Part shown: piece by piece, positions 9,641 through 20,631 of the stretch
Layout of the letters: every line of letters starts with the position of its first letter
How positions within the stretch are numbered: the stretch's first letter is position 1
DNA from: an uncultured Gemmatimonadales bacterium
GTDB lineage: Bacteria > Gemmatimonadota > Gemmatimonadetes > Gemmatimonadales > GWC2-71-9
DNA: 64,000 nt
Direction of reading: 5' to 3'
Assembly: GCA_963798915.1 (NCBI GenBank)
Contig: CAWCVB010000005.1
Span: forward strand, 25,291-89,290
The notes under the pieces: model-generated
What the model saw: only the letters and a program-made list of their open reading frames with translations
Told to the model about the DNA's origin: nothing
Databases searched by the model: none
Made by a program: the position numbers and the translations under genes

Positions 9641-10858
9641 ATGTCAGGCGACTCCCGCCCGATCCTGTTCCTGCTCGCCTTCGTCGCGGCTTGTGGTGAA
9701 GGTGCGCGCGGCCCCACCGCCGTCGTCACCGACAGCGCCGGTGTCGAGATCGTGACCAGCTCGGCGCCAGCGTGGAAGCCAGGAGAGGCGTGGACCATCG
9801 ACACCACGCCACTGCTCGACATCGGCGGCAGTGCGACCGACCCGCATTTTGACCTGCTGCAGGTGGCTGGTGCGACCCGGCTCAATGACGGTCGCGTGGC
9901 GGTACTCAATTCCGGGACATCGGATGTGAGGTACTACGACTCGACCGGCACGTGGCTCTCATCGAGCGGCCGAAAGGGACAGGGTCCCGGTGAATTTGAG
10001 ATGGCGGGAGCACTCTTCCATCTGCCCGGCGACTCGCTCGTTGTCTATGACTACCAGCTTCGGCGCATGAGTCGTCTGGCGCCGGATGGTTCGTTCCTGC
10101 CTTCCGTTTCAGTGGCGGAGGGCAGGGGAGGTCCGATGGTTATCCCCATGGGCCGGCTCGCGGACGGATCGTGGGCAGCCACCATTGGCAACGTCTTTAC
10201 CATGGAGACCCGGGCTGGGGTGGCGCGACCGCGCCTGGTGCTGCTGCACGTCGCCCCCGACATGATCCAGGTGACCGATACCATCACGGTCCTGTTGGAC
10301 AACGAGGCATGGGTGGAGACCGGTGGGAGCGGTGAACAGCGGTTCATGTCCGTGCGGAGCCTGCCGCTGGGGCTCTCGTCCCCCAGCACGGTGGGTGATT
10401 CGCTCATTTTCGCAGGTGACGCAGCACAATACGTCATCGGAGTCTACCGGCCTGACGGGACACTGGTCCGGAGCATCCGCTACCAGGGACCGAGAACGCC
10501 GGTGACCGACGACATCCTGGAACGGGTCAAGGCCAGCGAGCTGGAAGGGGTGTCGGATCACGACCGGGCCGAAGCCGAGGCGCGCTGGGCCAAGATGCCG
10601 AAGCCGAAGGAACTGCCCGCGTTCGATGCATTTCTCGTGGATGCCGACGGCAATCTCTGGGTGAGCGAGGGACGCGCGCTGCCGACGGATCCTGCCGATG
10701 CCGATGTGTTCGATCCCGCGGGGAAACTGCTAGGTCGTGTTCCATTGCCGGCCGGTTTTGCTCTCTCCGAAGTTGGCCACGACTATATGCTGGGTGTCTG
10801 GAAGGACGACGATGGGCTGGAGCACGTCAGGATGTATGGGATTGTGAAAGGCGGCTAG
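9641..10858 (+). CDS. Lipoprotein, probable 6-bladed beta-propeller; tandem paralog of 8351-9574
   Basis: Lipobox FVAAC; GRKGQGPGEF, VDADGNLWV; aligns end to end with the previous gene. Confidence 0.75.
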   Translation: MSGDSRPILFLLAFVAACGEGARGPTAVVTDSAGVEIVTSSAPAWKPGEAWTIDTTPLLDIGGSATDPHFDLLQVAGATRLNDGRVAVLNSGTSDVRYYDSTGTWLSSSGRKGQGPGEFEMAGALFHLPGDSLVVYDYQLRRMSRLAPDGSFLPSVSVAEGRGGPMVIPMGRLADGSWAATIGNVFTMETRAGVARPRLVLLHVAPDMIQVTDTITVLLDNEAWVETGGSGEQRFMSVRSLPLGLSSPSTVGDSLIFAGDAAQYVIGVYRPDGTLVRSIRYQGPRTPVTDDILERVKASELEGVSDHDRAEAEARWAKMPKPKELPAFDAFLVDADGNLWVSEGRALPTDPADADVFDPAGKLLGRVPLPAGFALSEVGHDYMLGVWKDDDGLEHVRMYGIVKGG

Positions 10859-10977
10859 CGGGAGGGGTCGCTAGTCGTCAGTCGTCGGTCGTCCGTTGAG
10901 TTTCCGAGCCCCTATTCAATGCCGGGCCAGGAGATCCTGCCCGTCCCGCCCGTTCCGTCCGTCCCGCCCGTCCTGTG

Positions 10978-11967
10978 CTATCTCATCGCCGTCTTCATGC
11001 CCGACGGCGCATAGCGCTCGCCGGCGCCGGCACCCACCGGCGCCGCCTCGTCCAGATGAGCCATGTCGGCCTCGCTCAGCTCGATGTTGGCGGCGGCGGC
11101 ATTCTCGTCCAGGCGCGACGGCTTCCGGGTGCCGGGAATGGGCACGATATCGTCGCCACGGTGGAGCAGCCAGGCGAGCGCGAGCTGGGCCGGCGTCACG
11201 CCCTTGTCGGACGCCAGACCGGTGACTCGAGACACGAGGCCAAGATTCTGCTGCAGGTTTGCACCCTGGAATCTCGGATGGCGGCGGCGGGTATCGTCTT
11301 CCGCGAGCGCATCAGGGTTGGTGATGCTGCCGGTGAGCAGCCCTCGGCCCAGCGGACTGTAGGCCACGAATCCGATGCCGAGTTCCCGGCAGGTGTCGAG
11401 CCCGCTGGACTCGATCTCGCGCGTCCACAGCGAATACTCCCCCTGCAGCGCCGTGATCGGATGCACCGCATGTGCCCGGCGAATGGTCTCGGGCCTGGCT
11501 TCCGAGAGTCCCAGGTGGCGCACCTTGCCCGCCTCTATCAGGCGGGCCATCGCGCCGACCGTCTCCTCGATCGGCGTCTCCAGGTCCACCCGATGCTGAT
11601 AATACAGGTCGATGTGATCGACGCGGAGCCGCCGGAGCGAGGCGTCGCACGCGGCGCGGACATACTCGGGGCGACCACTCACGCTGAACTTGCTCCGGTC
11701 GTTCGGGTCCCGGACGTTGCCGAACTTGGTGGCCAGCACGACCTCGTTTCGCCGTTTCGCGATGGCCCGCCCGACCAGCTCCTCGTTCTCGCCCACGCCG
11801 TACATGTCCGCGGTGTCGAGGAAGGTGATACCGATATCGAGCGCGTGGTGAATCGTGGCGATCGATTCCCGCTCGTCAGATGGTCCGTAGAACTCCGACA
11901 TTCCCATGCATCCAAGCCCGAGGGCCGAGACGATCAGGCCCGGTGAGCCGAGTGTGCGTGTGTGCAT
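10978..11967 (-). CDS. Aldo/keto reductase
   Basis: [34 protein letters not shown] motifs. Confidence 0.95.
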   Translation of the reverse strand: MHTRTLGSPGLIVSALGLGCMGMSEFYGPSDERESIATIHHALDIGITFLDTADMYGVGENEELVGRAIAKRRNEVVLATKFGNVRDPNDRSKFSVSGRPEYVRAACDASLRRLRVDHIDLYYQHRVDLETPIEETVGAMARLIEAGKVRHLGLSEARPETIRRAHAVHPITALQGEYSLWTREIESSGLDTCRELGIGFVAYSPLGRGLLTGSITNPDALAEDDTRRRHPRFQGANLQQNLGLVSRVTGLASDKGVTPAQLALAWLLHRGDDIVPIPGTRKPSRLDENAAAANIELSEADMAHLDEAAPVGAGAGERYAPSGMKTAMR

Positions 11968-11984
11968 GCTGTGACTCCTGCGTT

Positions 11985-12206
11985 CAGTCGTCGGTCGTCG
12001 GTCGTCGGTCGAGGGTCGAGGGTCGTGGGTCGCAGGCTGCGGGTCGTCAGTCGTCAGTCGTCAACAATGAAGTTTGTCATCCCGAGGCCGCGTAGCGGCC
12101 GAAGGATCTACTGGTCCGGGTCCCGACGCTGGTGAGTAGATCCTTCGCTTCGCTCAGGATGACAGATCTCGCGGACCGACGACCGACGACCGACGACCGA
12201 CGACCA
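11985..12206. repeat. Composite repeat: G-rich heptamer arm (11985-12063), 90-bp TGTCATCC...GGATGACA palindrome (12075-12164), C-rich (CCGACGA)n arm (12175-12206)
   Basis: Read directly; the arms are reverse complements. Confidence 0.9.
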
Positions 12207-12211
12207 TCCCG

Positions 12212-13762
12212 TCACTCCGACTCCACGTCCAGCATTTCCGCATCGAGGTCCGGCAGCAGCGAATCATAGGTCTCCCGCGCAATGCTGCCGGTTCGCACTG
12301 CATCGAGCGCAAAGTCCTTGGTGTGAAGCGCCAGGTGGCGGCGTGCCCGGCGCAGTTCCTCTTCCGCCAGTTCGTGGCGCTTGACATGCAGCGACTTCAA
12401 GCGCCGCTCCCCCTCTTCCATCTGCTCGGTGTACTCCTCCCGCAGGCGCTTGAGGACGCCGGCATGGGTAAACCGAGTGGCTTCCATGCGATCGATTTCC
12501 GCCAGGGCCTCGCGCGCCACCTGGGTGCGCGCCCGCTCGCGCCGGTAGCTGGCCCATTCTTCACTCGAGTGTCCGATGCCCAGCCGGCGCATCAGCGGAC
12601 CCATGGTGAGCCCATTCAGCAGGATCGAGAGCACCACCACGCCAAAGGTGACCGTGATCAGCTCGGACCGGGCGCCGAGTGCTGCGGGAAGGCCGAGCAC
12701 CAGCACCATCGAGATCGCGCCGCGGAGGCCGCCCCAGGTCAGCACCAGGGCCCATGCCTTGGGAATGCGGTGCCGGGAGCGGGCGAGCACCAGCGTGATG
12801 GCGCCGATCACCAGCGCGCGTGCCATGGTGACGGCCAGGAAGCCAAGCAGGATGGGGCGCCATGCCGCCACCAGCGCCGGCAGGCTCACTTCGAAGCCGA
12901 TCAGCAGAAAGACCAGCGAATTGAGCGCAAAGGCCACGTATTCCCAGAAGGTCTCGACTGCCAGGCGGGTGGACGGCGCCATCCCGGTCTGCGCGGCATA
13001 GTTGCCGACGATCAGGCCGGCGACTACGGTGGCGATCACACCCGAGTAGTGAAGCTGTTCCGCGAGCAGGAAGGAACCATACGCGGCGATGGTAGTGAGC
13101 GTGGTCTCGATCATCGGATCGTTGATCCGCTGGATCACGTGCGCCGCGGAGGTGCCCATGAGCCCGCCGATCAGCGCACCCATCCCGACCACGGTGAGAA
13201 ACTCGAGCACCAGCGAGCTGGTATCGGTGTGGTTGCCCAGGACCGCGCCCAGGATGAGCGAGAAGACCACGATGGCCGTGCCGTCATTCAGCAGGCTCTC
13301 GCCTTCCATCAGGGTCGAGAGGCGCCTGGGTGCGCCCATGCTGCGGAACAGCCCGACGACGGCGATCGGGTCGGTGGCCGCGATCAGCGAGCCGAAGATC
13401 AGGGCCACGGGCCAGGTGAACTCACCGCCGGCGGGCAGCAGCCGGGCGGAGGCCACCAGTAGCGCGGCCGTGAGGCCCAGCGACACCAGCACGCCCGGCA
13501 CGGCGAGCGACGCGATGACCAGCCGGTCGCGCCAGAAGGACCGGAACTCCAGGTGAAATGCCGCCTCGAAGATCAGCCCCGGGAGGAAGATGGCGAATAG
13601 CATCTCCTCGGTGAGGTGCGGAGGGTCAAGCACGTGCAGCGCGCCCAGCACCAGGCCGGTCGCCACCAGCGCCGCGGTGTAGGGAACACCCAGCCGACGC
13701 GCGGCGATCGCCACCGCGGTGGCCACCACAAACAGCAGGATGATGAGGATTTCAAGGCTCAT
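12212..13762 (-). CDS. CPA1-family Na+/H+ antiporter
   Basis: Many TM segments; FLPGLIFEAA, ATDPIAV, EGESLLNDG, WGGLRGAIS. Confidence 0.93.
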   Translation of the reverse strand: MSLEILIILLFVVATAVAIAARRLGVPYTAALVATGLVLGALHVLDPPHLTEEMLFAIFLPGLIFEAAFHLEFRSFWRDRLVIASLAVPGVLVSLGLTAALLVASARLLPAGGEFTWPVALIFGSLIAATDPIAVVGLFRSMGAPRRLSTLMEGESLLNDGTAIVVFSLILGAVLGNHTDTSSLVLEFLTVVGMGALIGGLMGTSAAHVIQRINDPMIETTLTTIAAYGSFLLAEQLHYSGVIATVVAGLIVGNYAAQTGMAPSTRLAVETFWEYVAFALNSLVFLLIGFEVSLPALVAAWRPILLGFLAVTMARALVIGAITLVLARSRHRIPKAWALVLTWGGLRGAISMVLVLGLPAALGARSELITVTFGVVVLSILLNGLTMGPLMRRLGIGHSSEEWASYRRERARTQVAREALAEIDRMEATRFTHAGVLKRLREEYTEQMEEGERRLKSLHVKRHELAEEELRRARRHLALHTKDFALDAVRTGSIARETYDSLLPDLDAEMLDVESE

Positions 13763-13910
13763 GGGTGGTCAGCCGACGTCGGGTGAGATCATGCACGCAC
13801 GCGGCCGGACGCCGGCCGAGCATGGGAGGCACCCTGCGCCGTGCCTCTCATGCTCGCAATGATAGCAGTATCAGGATGTGGGCGGGGACCCCCGCGGGCT
13901 GGCGGGCCCC

Positions 13911-14885
13911 TCAGTCGTGCGCGAGCGCGGTTGCGTCGCTGCGGGCGTACCCCATCGCCGTGCCTGCCATTGCCCGGCTGCGCCAGGCCAGGATCGGCAC
14001 CTGCGAATGGCGCAGCAGGTAGTCGGTGACACTGCCGAGGAAGACGCGGTTGGGGGCGCTCCGGTGATGCGCTGCGATGGTCACGAGGTCCACCGATTCA
14101 TCCAGGATCACCTGCAGCAGCGCCTTGGCCGGCTGGTCGTGCATGATGACCCGGCTGGTATGGGCAATGCCGGCGGCTTCCGCGCGGCTTCCGACGCGAT
14201 GGAGGTGCGCTTCCAGCATGGCGACCTGGTCCGTGAGCGGCCCGTCGTCCAGCCCGGCACCCTTGTACTGCGCCAGCACGGCGACCAGCGAGAGCGTCGT
14301 GACGCCGGGTCGTGCGCTGGCCAGCGCGAATTCCATGGCCAGCTCCGCCTCGGACGAGCCGTCCAGCGGAACCAGAATGCGATGCGGATTGATCGGGATG
14401 AGCTTCTGCCTCGTCGCGTTGCCGGCCGGTCCTCGCAGCAGGAGACAGGGAATACCACTCCGGTGGAGCAGGGCGTCGGCCACGCTGCCGAGCCACATCT
14501 TGCCGACCACGTTGCGAGCGTGGGTATGCATCACGATCAGGTTGATCCGGTGCCGATCGCAATACGCCAGCAACTGGTCGCCCACCGGCTCGGTCCCGTC
14601 CAGGAGCGTCGGGCGAATCACCAGGTTGTCGGTCTGCCCCACATTCGTGGCCCATCGGGACAGGTAGTTTTCCAGCTCGGTCCGGGTGATGCGATCGATA
14701 TCACGGAGGTCGGTGAGCGGCACTTCCGGCGAGAGGCCGATCCCGCTCAGCCAGCCACTGGCGGGAATGCTGACTGCCACGAAATGCAGCCGCGCGCCAT
14801 GCCGTTCGGCGATCGCTGCTGCGATGGGAATCGCGTCCTCCGCCAGGCGGCCACCGTCGAGTGGGACCAGGATTTCGGTGAACAT
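13911..14885 (-). CDS. Universal stress protein with two USP domains
   Basis: Two ILVPLDG starts and two LGSVAD/LGSVTD ends; start set at MFTEIL. Confidence 0.9.
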   Translation of the reverse strand: MFTEILVPLDGGRLAEDAIPIAAAIAERHGARLHFVAVSIPASGWLSGIGLSPEVPLTDLRDIDRITRTELENYLSRWATNVGQTDNLVIRPTLLDGTEPVGDQLLAYCDRHRINLIVMHTHARNVVGKMWLGSVADALLHRSGIPCLLLRGPAGNATRQKLIPINPHRILVPLDGSSEAELAMEFALASARPGVTTLSLVAVLAQYKGAGLDDGPLTDQVAMLEAHLHRVGSRAEAAGIAHTSRVIMHDQPAKALLQVILDESVDLVTIAAHHRSAPNRVFLGSVTDYLLRHSQVPILAWRSRAMAGTAMGYARSDATALAHD

Positions 14886-15069
14886 GACGCCTCCCGGGTC
14901 GGATAGCCGGGACTCGCTGGGGAACCTGGGTCTCCCGGCTCTCCCAAATGTGCCCCGCGCCGACACTCGGAATCGTGAAGGAACGGGGAAATTTTCCTCA
15001 CGAATTCCACTGGATCGCCTTCATGCGGATCCGGTCGTTTCATTCACCCGGTGGAAGTATCATCCAGTC

Positions 15070-17001
15070 ATGACAACCCCACCGATCGAGGCATTGCGAT
15101 CCTGGTTCCTGGGTCCACGGGCCGAGAATGCCGCGCTGCTGGAACAGCTGGTGACCGAGGCCTTGCGCGACCACGTCTTCTGGCGCCGCAACTTTCATCC
15201 GGAAGATGGCCTCACCATCCGCGAGTCCGACAAGCGGAGCCCCGGCTACGAGCAGGCAGTGGGCACCCTGACCCAGGAACTCATGGGCCTGCTGGCCGCA
15301 CTCAAGCGCGATGTGCCCTTCTTCAGCGGACGATACAAGGGCCACATGATCTACGAGCCCACCCTGGCGGCGCAGGTGGGTTACATCGCCGCCATGCTCT
15401 ACAATCCCAACAACATTGCGGCAGAAGCGGCCCCGGTCACCACCGGCCTGGAACTGGAAGTTGCGGCTGACCTGGTGCGGATGATCGGCTATGAAGCGGG
15501 GCCGGCCTGGGGCCACCTGACCTCCGGTGGCACGGTGGCCAACTTCGAGGCTCTCTGGATCGCACGCAACATCCATTACCTGCCCATTGCCATTACCGGC
15601 GCGGCCCGGAGCCTGGGCGTCGCGCTCGATGTCACCTTGCCGGATGGAAGCACCGCTCCGCTCGAGTCGCTGCCGCTCTGGGCCCTGCTCAACATCACGG
15701 GCGCGAGCGCGCTCGACCTGCTCGAAGCGCTGCAACGCTCTGCGCCGCCCAAGGACGTGCGCACCGCGCTTGACGCCCACTCGCTGGCATCGGTCGGCTA
15801 TCAGGAGTACGGCGTGCGGCTGGGACACTGGTACGGCGATTCGCTGCCGCCTGCGGTCGTGCTGGTTGCGGCGACGGCGCACTATTCGTGGGAGAAGATC
15901 GTCCGTGCGCTGGGCATCGGTGGCTCGCAACTCGTCTTCGTGCCGGTGGATCGGTGCTGCCGGCTCGATTGTGACGCGCTCTGGAGCCAGTTGCAGGGCC
16001 TCGCGGCCCGGCGCACGCCGGTGCTTGCCTGTATCAGCGTCTGCGGCACCACGGAAGAAAGTGCGGTGGATCGCCTGGACGAGGTGGTGGAGGTGCGGCG
16101 GCGAGCCCAGGCGGAGCTGGGGCTCGCGTTTCACCTGCACGCCGACGCCTGCTACGGCGGCTACGCCGCGGCGATCACACGGCGAGCCGACGGCAGTCGC
16201 CGGCCGGCGCAGGAAGCACGCGCGCGCACCGGCCTGGACTGGCCCGATGACGGTCTGGTGCGCGCGCTTGGGGCGCTGGCGCAGACGGATTCCGTCTCCA
16301 TCGACCCTCACAAGCTGGGGTACATCCCCTATCCCGCCGGCGCGTTCCTGCTCCGCGACCGGCGCGGCCGCGACCTCGTCGCGGTCGACCCGCCCTATCT
16401 CACCGAGGCGGCCGGTACGCCCGCGAACGACGCCACCTTCCTGGGGCGATACATCTTCGAGGGCTCCAAGCCGGGCGCTGCGGCGGCGTCGGTCTGGCTG
16501 AGCCACAAGGTGCTTCCGCTCGATGAGCGCGGCTATGGCTACCTGATCGAACGCACCGCCATGGGTGCGCGCCGGCTCCATGCCGCGCTGGCCAACGCCG
16601 ATCTTGGCGCGTTCCGCACCGTGATGCTGCCGGAGCCCGACATCAACATCGTCTGCTTCCTCCTTACCGCCGGCACTCTCACGTCGCTGGCCGCGGTGAA
16701 CGCGCTCAATGAGGGAATCTTTTCCCGGATGAGCATGCGGGGCGACCAGCAGCCGGAGTACATGATTACCCGGACGCGATTCCAGACGCCCATGTATGAC
16801 GGGGCGATTGCCCCGCTGCTGGCGGAACTTGGCGCCGGATCAGTGGAGGAATGGAAGGCGGGAGGTGCTGAGGGGCTGGTGGTCCTGCGCGCGACGGTGA
16901 TGGATCCCTTCATGGCCGATGAGCACGGCACCGATCACGTCGCCGGCTTCATTTCGGCACTGGGCCGGGCGGCGATCGCCACAGCCATACCCCGCCCGTG
17001 A
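15070..17001 (+). CDS. Group II PLP-dependent decarboxylase (tyrosine-decarboxylase-like)
   Basis: FLGPRAEN, GHLTSGGTVANFEALW, HYSWEK, HADACYGGY, SIDPHKLGY (PLP lysine), EGSKPGA. Confidence 0.88.
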   Translation: MTTPPIEALRSWFLGPRAENAALLEQLVTEALRDHVFWRRNFHPEDGLTIRESDKRSPGYEQAVGTLTQELMGLLAALKRDVPFFSGRYKGHMIYEPTLAAQVGYIAAMLYNPNNIAAEAAPVTTGLELEVAADLVRMIGYEAGPAWGHLTSGGTVANFEALWIARNIHYLPIAITGAARSLGVALDVTLPDGSTAPLESLPLWALLNITGASALDLLEALQRSAPPKDVRTALDAHSLASVGYQEYGVRLGHWYGDSLPPAVVLVAATAHYSWEKIVRALGIGGSQLVFVPVDRCCRLDCDALWSQLQGLAARRTPVLACISVCGTTEESAVDRLDEVVEVRRRAQAELGLAFHLHADACYGGYAAAITRRADGSRRPAQEARARTGLDWPDDGLVRALGALAQTDSVSIDPHKLGYIPYPAGAFLLRDRRGRDLVAVDPPYLTEAAGTPANDATFLGRYIFEGSKPGAAAASVWLSHKVLPLDERGYGYLIERTAMGARRLHAALANADLGAFRTVMLPEPDINIVCFLLTAGTLTSLAAVNALNEGIFSRMSMRGDQQPEYMITRTRFQTPMYDGAIAPLLAELGAGSVEEWKAGGAEGLVVLRATVMDPFMADEHGTDHVAGFISALGRAAIATAIPRP

Positions 17002-17665
17002 GGCCGTCGGTGTTGGGCACGATGCCGACATCGGCCGGCAGCTCCCGGGGATCCAGCAGTCGGGCATTGCCACCGCCGATGTAGAGGCGGTCGAACGCCG
17101 TGAGCGAGCGCAATTGCTCGATGGCGCGCGCCAGGTTGTCCCGCCACGCCGGCTCACCCGATTGCTTGAGTGCACGGTCGCCCAGGGCCTCCTCGTACGT
17201 CCGCCCGTTCCGGAACGGGTGGTGTGCCAGCTCGATGTGCGGCCCCAGCACGCCATCCAGGAACATCGCCGTGCCGAAACCGGTCCCCAGCGTGACCACC
17301 ATCTCCATCCCGTGACCCGAAATGGCCCCGAGCCCCTGGACATCGGCATCGTTGGCCACGCGCACCGGCTTGCCCAGCGCATTCTCCAGCGCTTCTCTCA
17401 GGTCAAAGCCGGCAAAGGCCGGGGTGCCCAGGTTGGGGGCGGTGCGGATGACACCATGCCGGATCATGCCCGGAAATCCGGCCGAGATCCGGTCAAAGGG
17501 CGCGAGCTGGCGGCCCATGTCGGTGAGACCCGCCAGCAACGCGACTGGTGTCGCCGGCCTGGGCGTCGCCATCGAGAGCCGCTGGCTCAGGAAGGATTCG
17601 TCCGGGCCGACCAGCGCGGCCTTGAGATGGCTGCCACCGATGTCGAAGCAGAGGGTGGTGAGCAT
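16949..17665 (-). CDS. ROK-family sugar kinase (polyphosphate glucokinase-like)
   Basis: DIGGSHLK, GFPG, ANDADVQG, TLGTGFG, ELAHH, IGGGN; 53-nt convergent overlap with the decarboxylase. Confidence 0.85.
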   Translation of the reverse strand: MLTTLCFDIGGSHLKAALVGPDESFLSQRLSMATPRPATPVALLAGLTDMGRQLAPFDRISAGFPGMIRHGVIRTAPNLGTPAFAGFDLREALENALGKPVRVANDADVQGLGAISGHGMEMVVTLGTGFGTAMFLDGVLGPHIELAHHPFRNGRTYEEALGDRALKQSGEPAWRDNLARAIEQLRSLTAFDRLYIGGGNARLLDPRELPADVGIVPNTDGLTGGVWLWRSPPGPVPK

Positions 17666-17807
17666 GATGCAACATAAGATGGGCGGGATGGGCAGGATGG
17701 GCAGGACACAACCGGGTGGCCCGCGAGGCTTCCCGCCATGAGACTCCAGAAAGCTCGTAGCGCGCAGCCCACAATTCTCGATCCTCAGCCCTCCACTATC
17801 ATTCCCC

Positions 17808-18828
17808 ATGCCTCATGAATCTGCCATCATCGCTGGTGCAGGCCCGATTGGCCTGGCCTGCGCCATCTCGGCGCGCCGACGGGGCATCGATCCCCTGGTC
17901 ATCGATACCGGCGCCATCGCCAACTCGATTTTCCATTACCCGATCGGGATGACCTTCTTCACGACGCCCGAGCGGCTGGAGATCGGGGGGCATCCGATCG
18001 TGAGCGCGGGCGCCAAGCCCACGCGCGAAGACGCGCTCAAGTATTACCGGGGCGTGGCGCGGGCCGAGGGTCTCCGTCGTCCGCACTTTCACGCGTCTCA
18101 GCGCTGCCCATCGAGAGGACGGCGTGGTGCGCTGTACGCTGGAGAGCCGGGCCGGGAGCGAAACCGTCACCTGTGACCGCCTGGTGCTCGCCACCGGGTA
18201 TTTCGAGCAGACCAACCGCCTGGGCGTGCCAGGTGAGGAGCTGCCGCATGTGCGGCCCTACTTCGACGAAGCGCATGTGGGGGCGGGACTGAACGTGGTG
18301 GTGATCGGCGGCAAGAATTCGGCGGTCGAAGCGGCGCTGCAACTCTTTCGCGCGGGTGCGCACGTCACCCTGGTCTACCGCGGCGCCGCGCTCAAGCCCA
18401 GCGTCAAGTACTGGCTCAGGCCCGATCTCGAGAACCGGATCAAGGCGGGTGAAATCGCGGCCCGTTTCGGCTCGGAGGTGATGGCGATCGAGCAGGATGC
18501 CGTGGTGATTCGTACCGCGGGCGGCGGCATCGAGCGGATCCCCGCCGATCGGGTCTATCCGCTCATCGGGTTTCATCCGGACTTTGCGCTCTTCCGCGAC
18601 ATGGGCATCGAACTGGACGACGCGGGCCGGCCCGCGATCAATCCTGACACGCTCGAAACCAACGTACCGGGAATCTACATGGCGGGCAGCATCGTCTCGG
18701 GCCGCGCCATCTCGGAAGTGTTCATCGAGAACGGCCGCTACGACGGCGAGAAAATCTTTGGCAATCCGGAGGAACGGGCGGAGGCCCAGGCGCGCTACGA
18801 GGCCACGCCCAGGCCGGTGGGGGAGTAG
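17808..18828 (+). CDS. ypdA: YpdA-family FAD-dependent (bacillithiol-type) disulfide reductase, split by one extra base near 18074
   Basis: GAGPIG, YPIGMTFFTT..LEIG..KPTREDALKYY, ATGYF, GGKNSA, VFIENGR; removing one C at 18074-18075 joins the two ORFs (GLVVRTFTRLSAAHREDGVVRC). Confidence 0.85.
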
Positions 18829-18876
18829 GGGCGGCCCGCGAAGACACGCCCGCCCTGATCGGGACTCTCGAGGAAT

Positions 18877-20358
18877 TCAGCTTCCCGGCAACCGCAGCAC
18901 AAGCAGCTGACCGCCATCCTCGCTCAACCCTGCGGATGGCACCGCCAGCGTGTGGGCCTGTACATCAAAGATCCAGGTCCCAGCGCCCAGCCATTCCGAA
19001 GCGTCGATGATGCCGCTGGACTCCCAGCAGGTACCATCGGCATCGACACAGTCATCATTGGTGAGTTTGGCCACGGCACGCGCCGCACCCAGCGAGCCAT
19101 TTCCCTGACGGACAAAGTTCCAGATGCGCGGCGCGCGATTGAACTCGCTGTACGCGGGATCTTCCTGCAGCATGAGACTGGTGGTGCTGGTCGCGATGTT
19201 GTCGGGTGACGCCCAGTCGCCGGCGGCGACGCCACGCGAGCGGGCCAGCAGCGTGAGACGTGCGTGCTGGGTCGGATCGGCCTGGTCGAACTCCATCCGG
19301 TAGATCGAGCCGTAGTGGTCGCATACTCCACCGCATGAAGCATTCACCCGCCCGGCGACGCGCCCGGTGGTGCTCCCGCTTCCCGTATCCACGAAATAGA
19401 GTGCCGGCGCCGTGCCGCTCCGGTAGGCAGCCCGATCGTAGTCGGCATCCTCCAGCCGCACAAACGGGAAGGCGCCGTGATCGCCCACATTGTCCGCGGC
19501 ATCCTGAAGCTCGCTGGCCGAGATGTCGGAGGGCGAGATCGGCAGGAACCGCCCGTCGATGGTCTGTCCGGGTGCGAGATTGCCCGAGTGCGTTGCCCCG
19601 TCGGACGCGAAGACATAGAGCGTACCGTTGCCAGCCAGCAGATCGGCCGTCGAGCTGGCCACATACATGTACAGTTCCGATTTGCCATTCGAATCATCCA
19701 TGCCCATGGTGACGATCGTGCCGCCCTCGAACCCGGGGACCACCACGGTGTTTTCGTGGTTGAATCGACCAAGAGCCCCAAGCGGCGTGATCGATCCGTC
19801 GCCGCCGACGGCCAGGCTGGTGCCGCCATTGGCGCCACTGGTGGTTTCCTCGCCGGTGAAGAAGTAACCGCTGGCGAGGCCCTCCTGACCGTCGGCCCAG
19901 GTGGCGGAGCAGAGGCGTTCGAGCAGCAGCGAGCCGGTCACCGGGTAGGAGCCGTTCAGGACAGATCGGGTGGCTGGATCGAGTTCAAGCCGGGACACGC
20001 GAGAATAGGTGAAGCGGCCGTCAACGCCGCCGGCCGTCAGCTCATGATTGGCGTAGAGAATGAGGCGTCCGTTCGCGAGATAGGCGCCGAGACCGTCTGG
20101 TGCGGGGGCCCAGACGCGAAGATCGGGATCAGCGTTCTGCTCCATGCCGGGGATGGGATCGCCAACGCTGATGATTGGGGTCAGCTCGGCCTGGGGCAGG
20201 AGTGCGATCGCCTGGGCCGGGGCACTGGTAATGAAGCCGGCAGCTCCCGCCTGCGGGGCGGCGGCATGCGAGGCAGCAGGACCGGTCGGGTTGGACGTTC
20301 CACTGCAGGCCGCAACGGTGATCGCCGCCGCCAGCAGGCTCATCGAACAACGTATCAT
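18877..20358 (-). CDS. Secreted lipoprotein, PhoX/DUF839-like alkaline phosphatase family
   Basis: Lipobox VAAC; PDG, NHE, LCSA, GEE, LGRFNHEN, RLED, SPDN, QED, ESSG resemble PhoX metal-ligand motifs. Confidence 0.7.
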   Translation of the reverse strand: MIRCSMSLLAAAITVAACSGTSNPTGPAASHAAAPQAGAAGFITSAPAQAIALLPQAELTPIISVGDPIPGMEQNADPDLRVWAPAPDGLGAYLANGRLILYANHELTAGGVDGRFTYSRVSRLELDPATRSVLNGSYPVTGSLLLERLCSATWADGQEGLASGYFFTGEETTSGANGGTSLAVGGDGSITPLGALGRFNHENTVVVPGFEGGTIVTMGMDDSNGKSELYMYVASSTADLLAGNGTLYVFASDGATHSGNLAPGQTIDGRFLPISPSDISASELQDAADNVGDHGAFPFVRLEDADYDRAAYRSGTAPALYFVDTGSGSTTGRVAGRVNASCGGVCDHYGSIYRMEFDQADPTQHARLTLLARSRGVAAGDWASPDNIATSTTSLMLQEDPAYSEFNRAPRIWNFVRQGNGSLGAARAVAKLTNDDCVDADGTCWESSGIIDASEWLGAGTWIFDVQAHTLAVPSAGLSEDGGQLLVLRLPGS

Positions 20359-20631
20359 GCGAAATCTCCAGGATTGAAGGGACGCGGGACAAGATCGTGC
20401 GTCCCTGTCACTACTGAAGTGGTCTCGGGGTCTCCATCCAGCGACGGCTTTGCAACGAACTCTTGACAGGCGACGGTCGAGGAATCCCATCCCAGGGGTG
20501 TCTTGGCGAGCGTCGTCTCGGCGTCTCGCCGTCTCGGCGTCTCATCTTCCAGCCGTCGGTCCGACCCGCCCATCCTGCCCATCCCGCCCGTCCCGCCCTA
20601 TCTTTATGGCCATCTCCCACCCAGGCCCCAC

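Noticed and set aside
18060..18130. Programmed ribosomal frameshift in ypdA or the RND gene
   Set aside because: No slippery heptamer at the shift sites. A single doubled base explains each.
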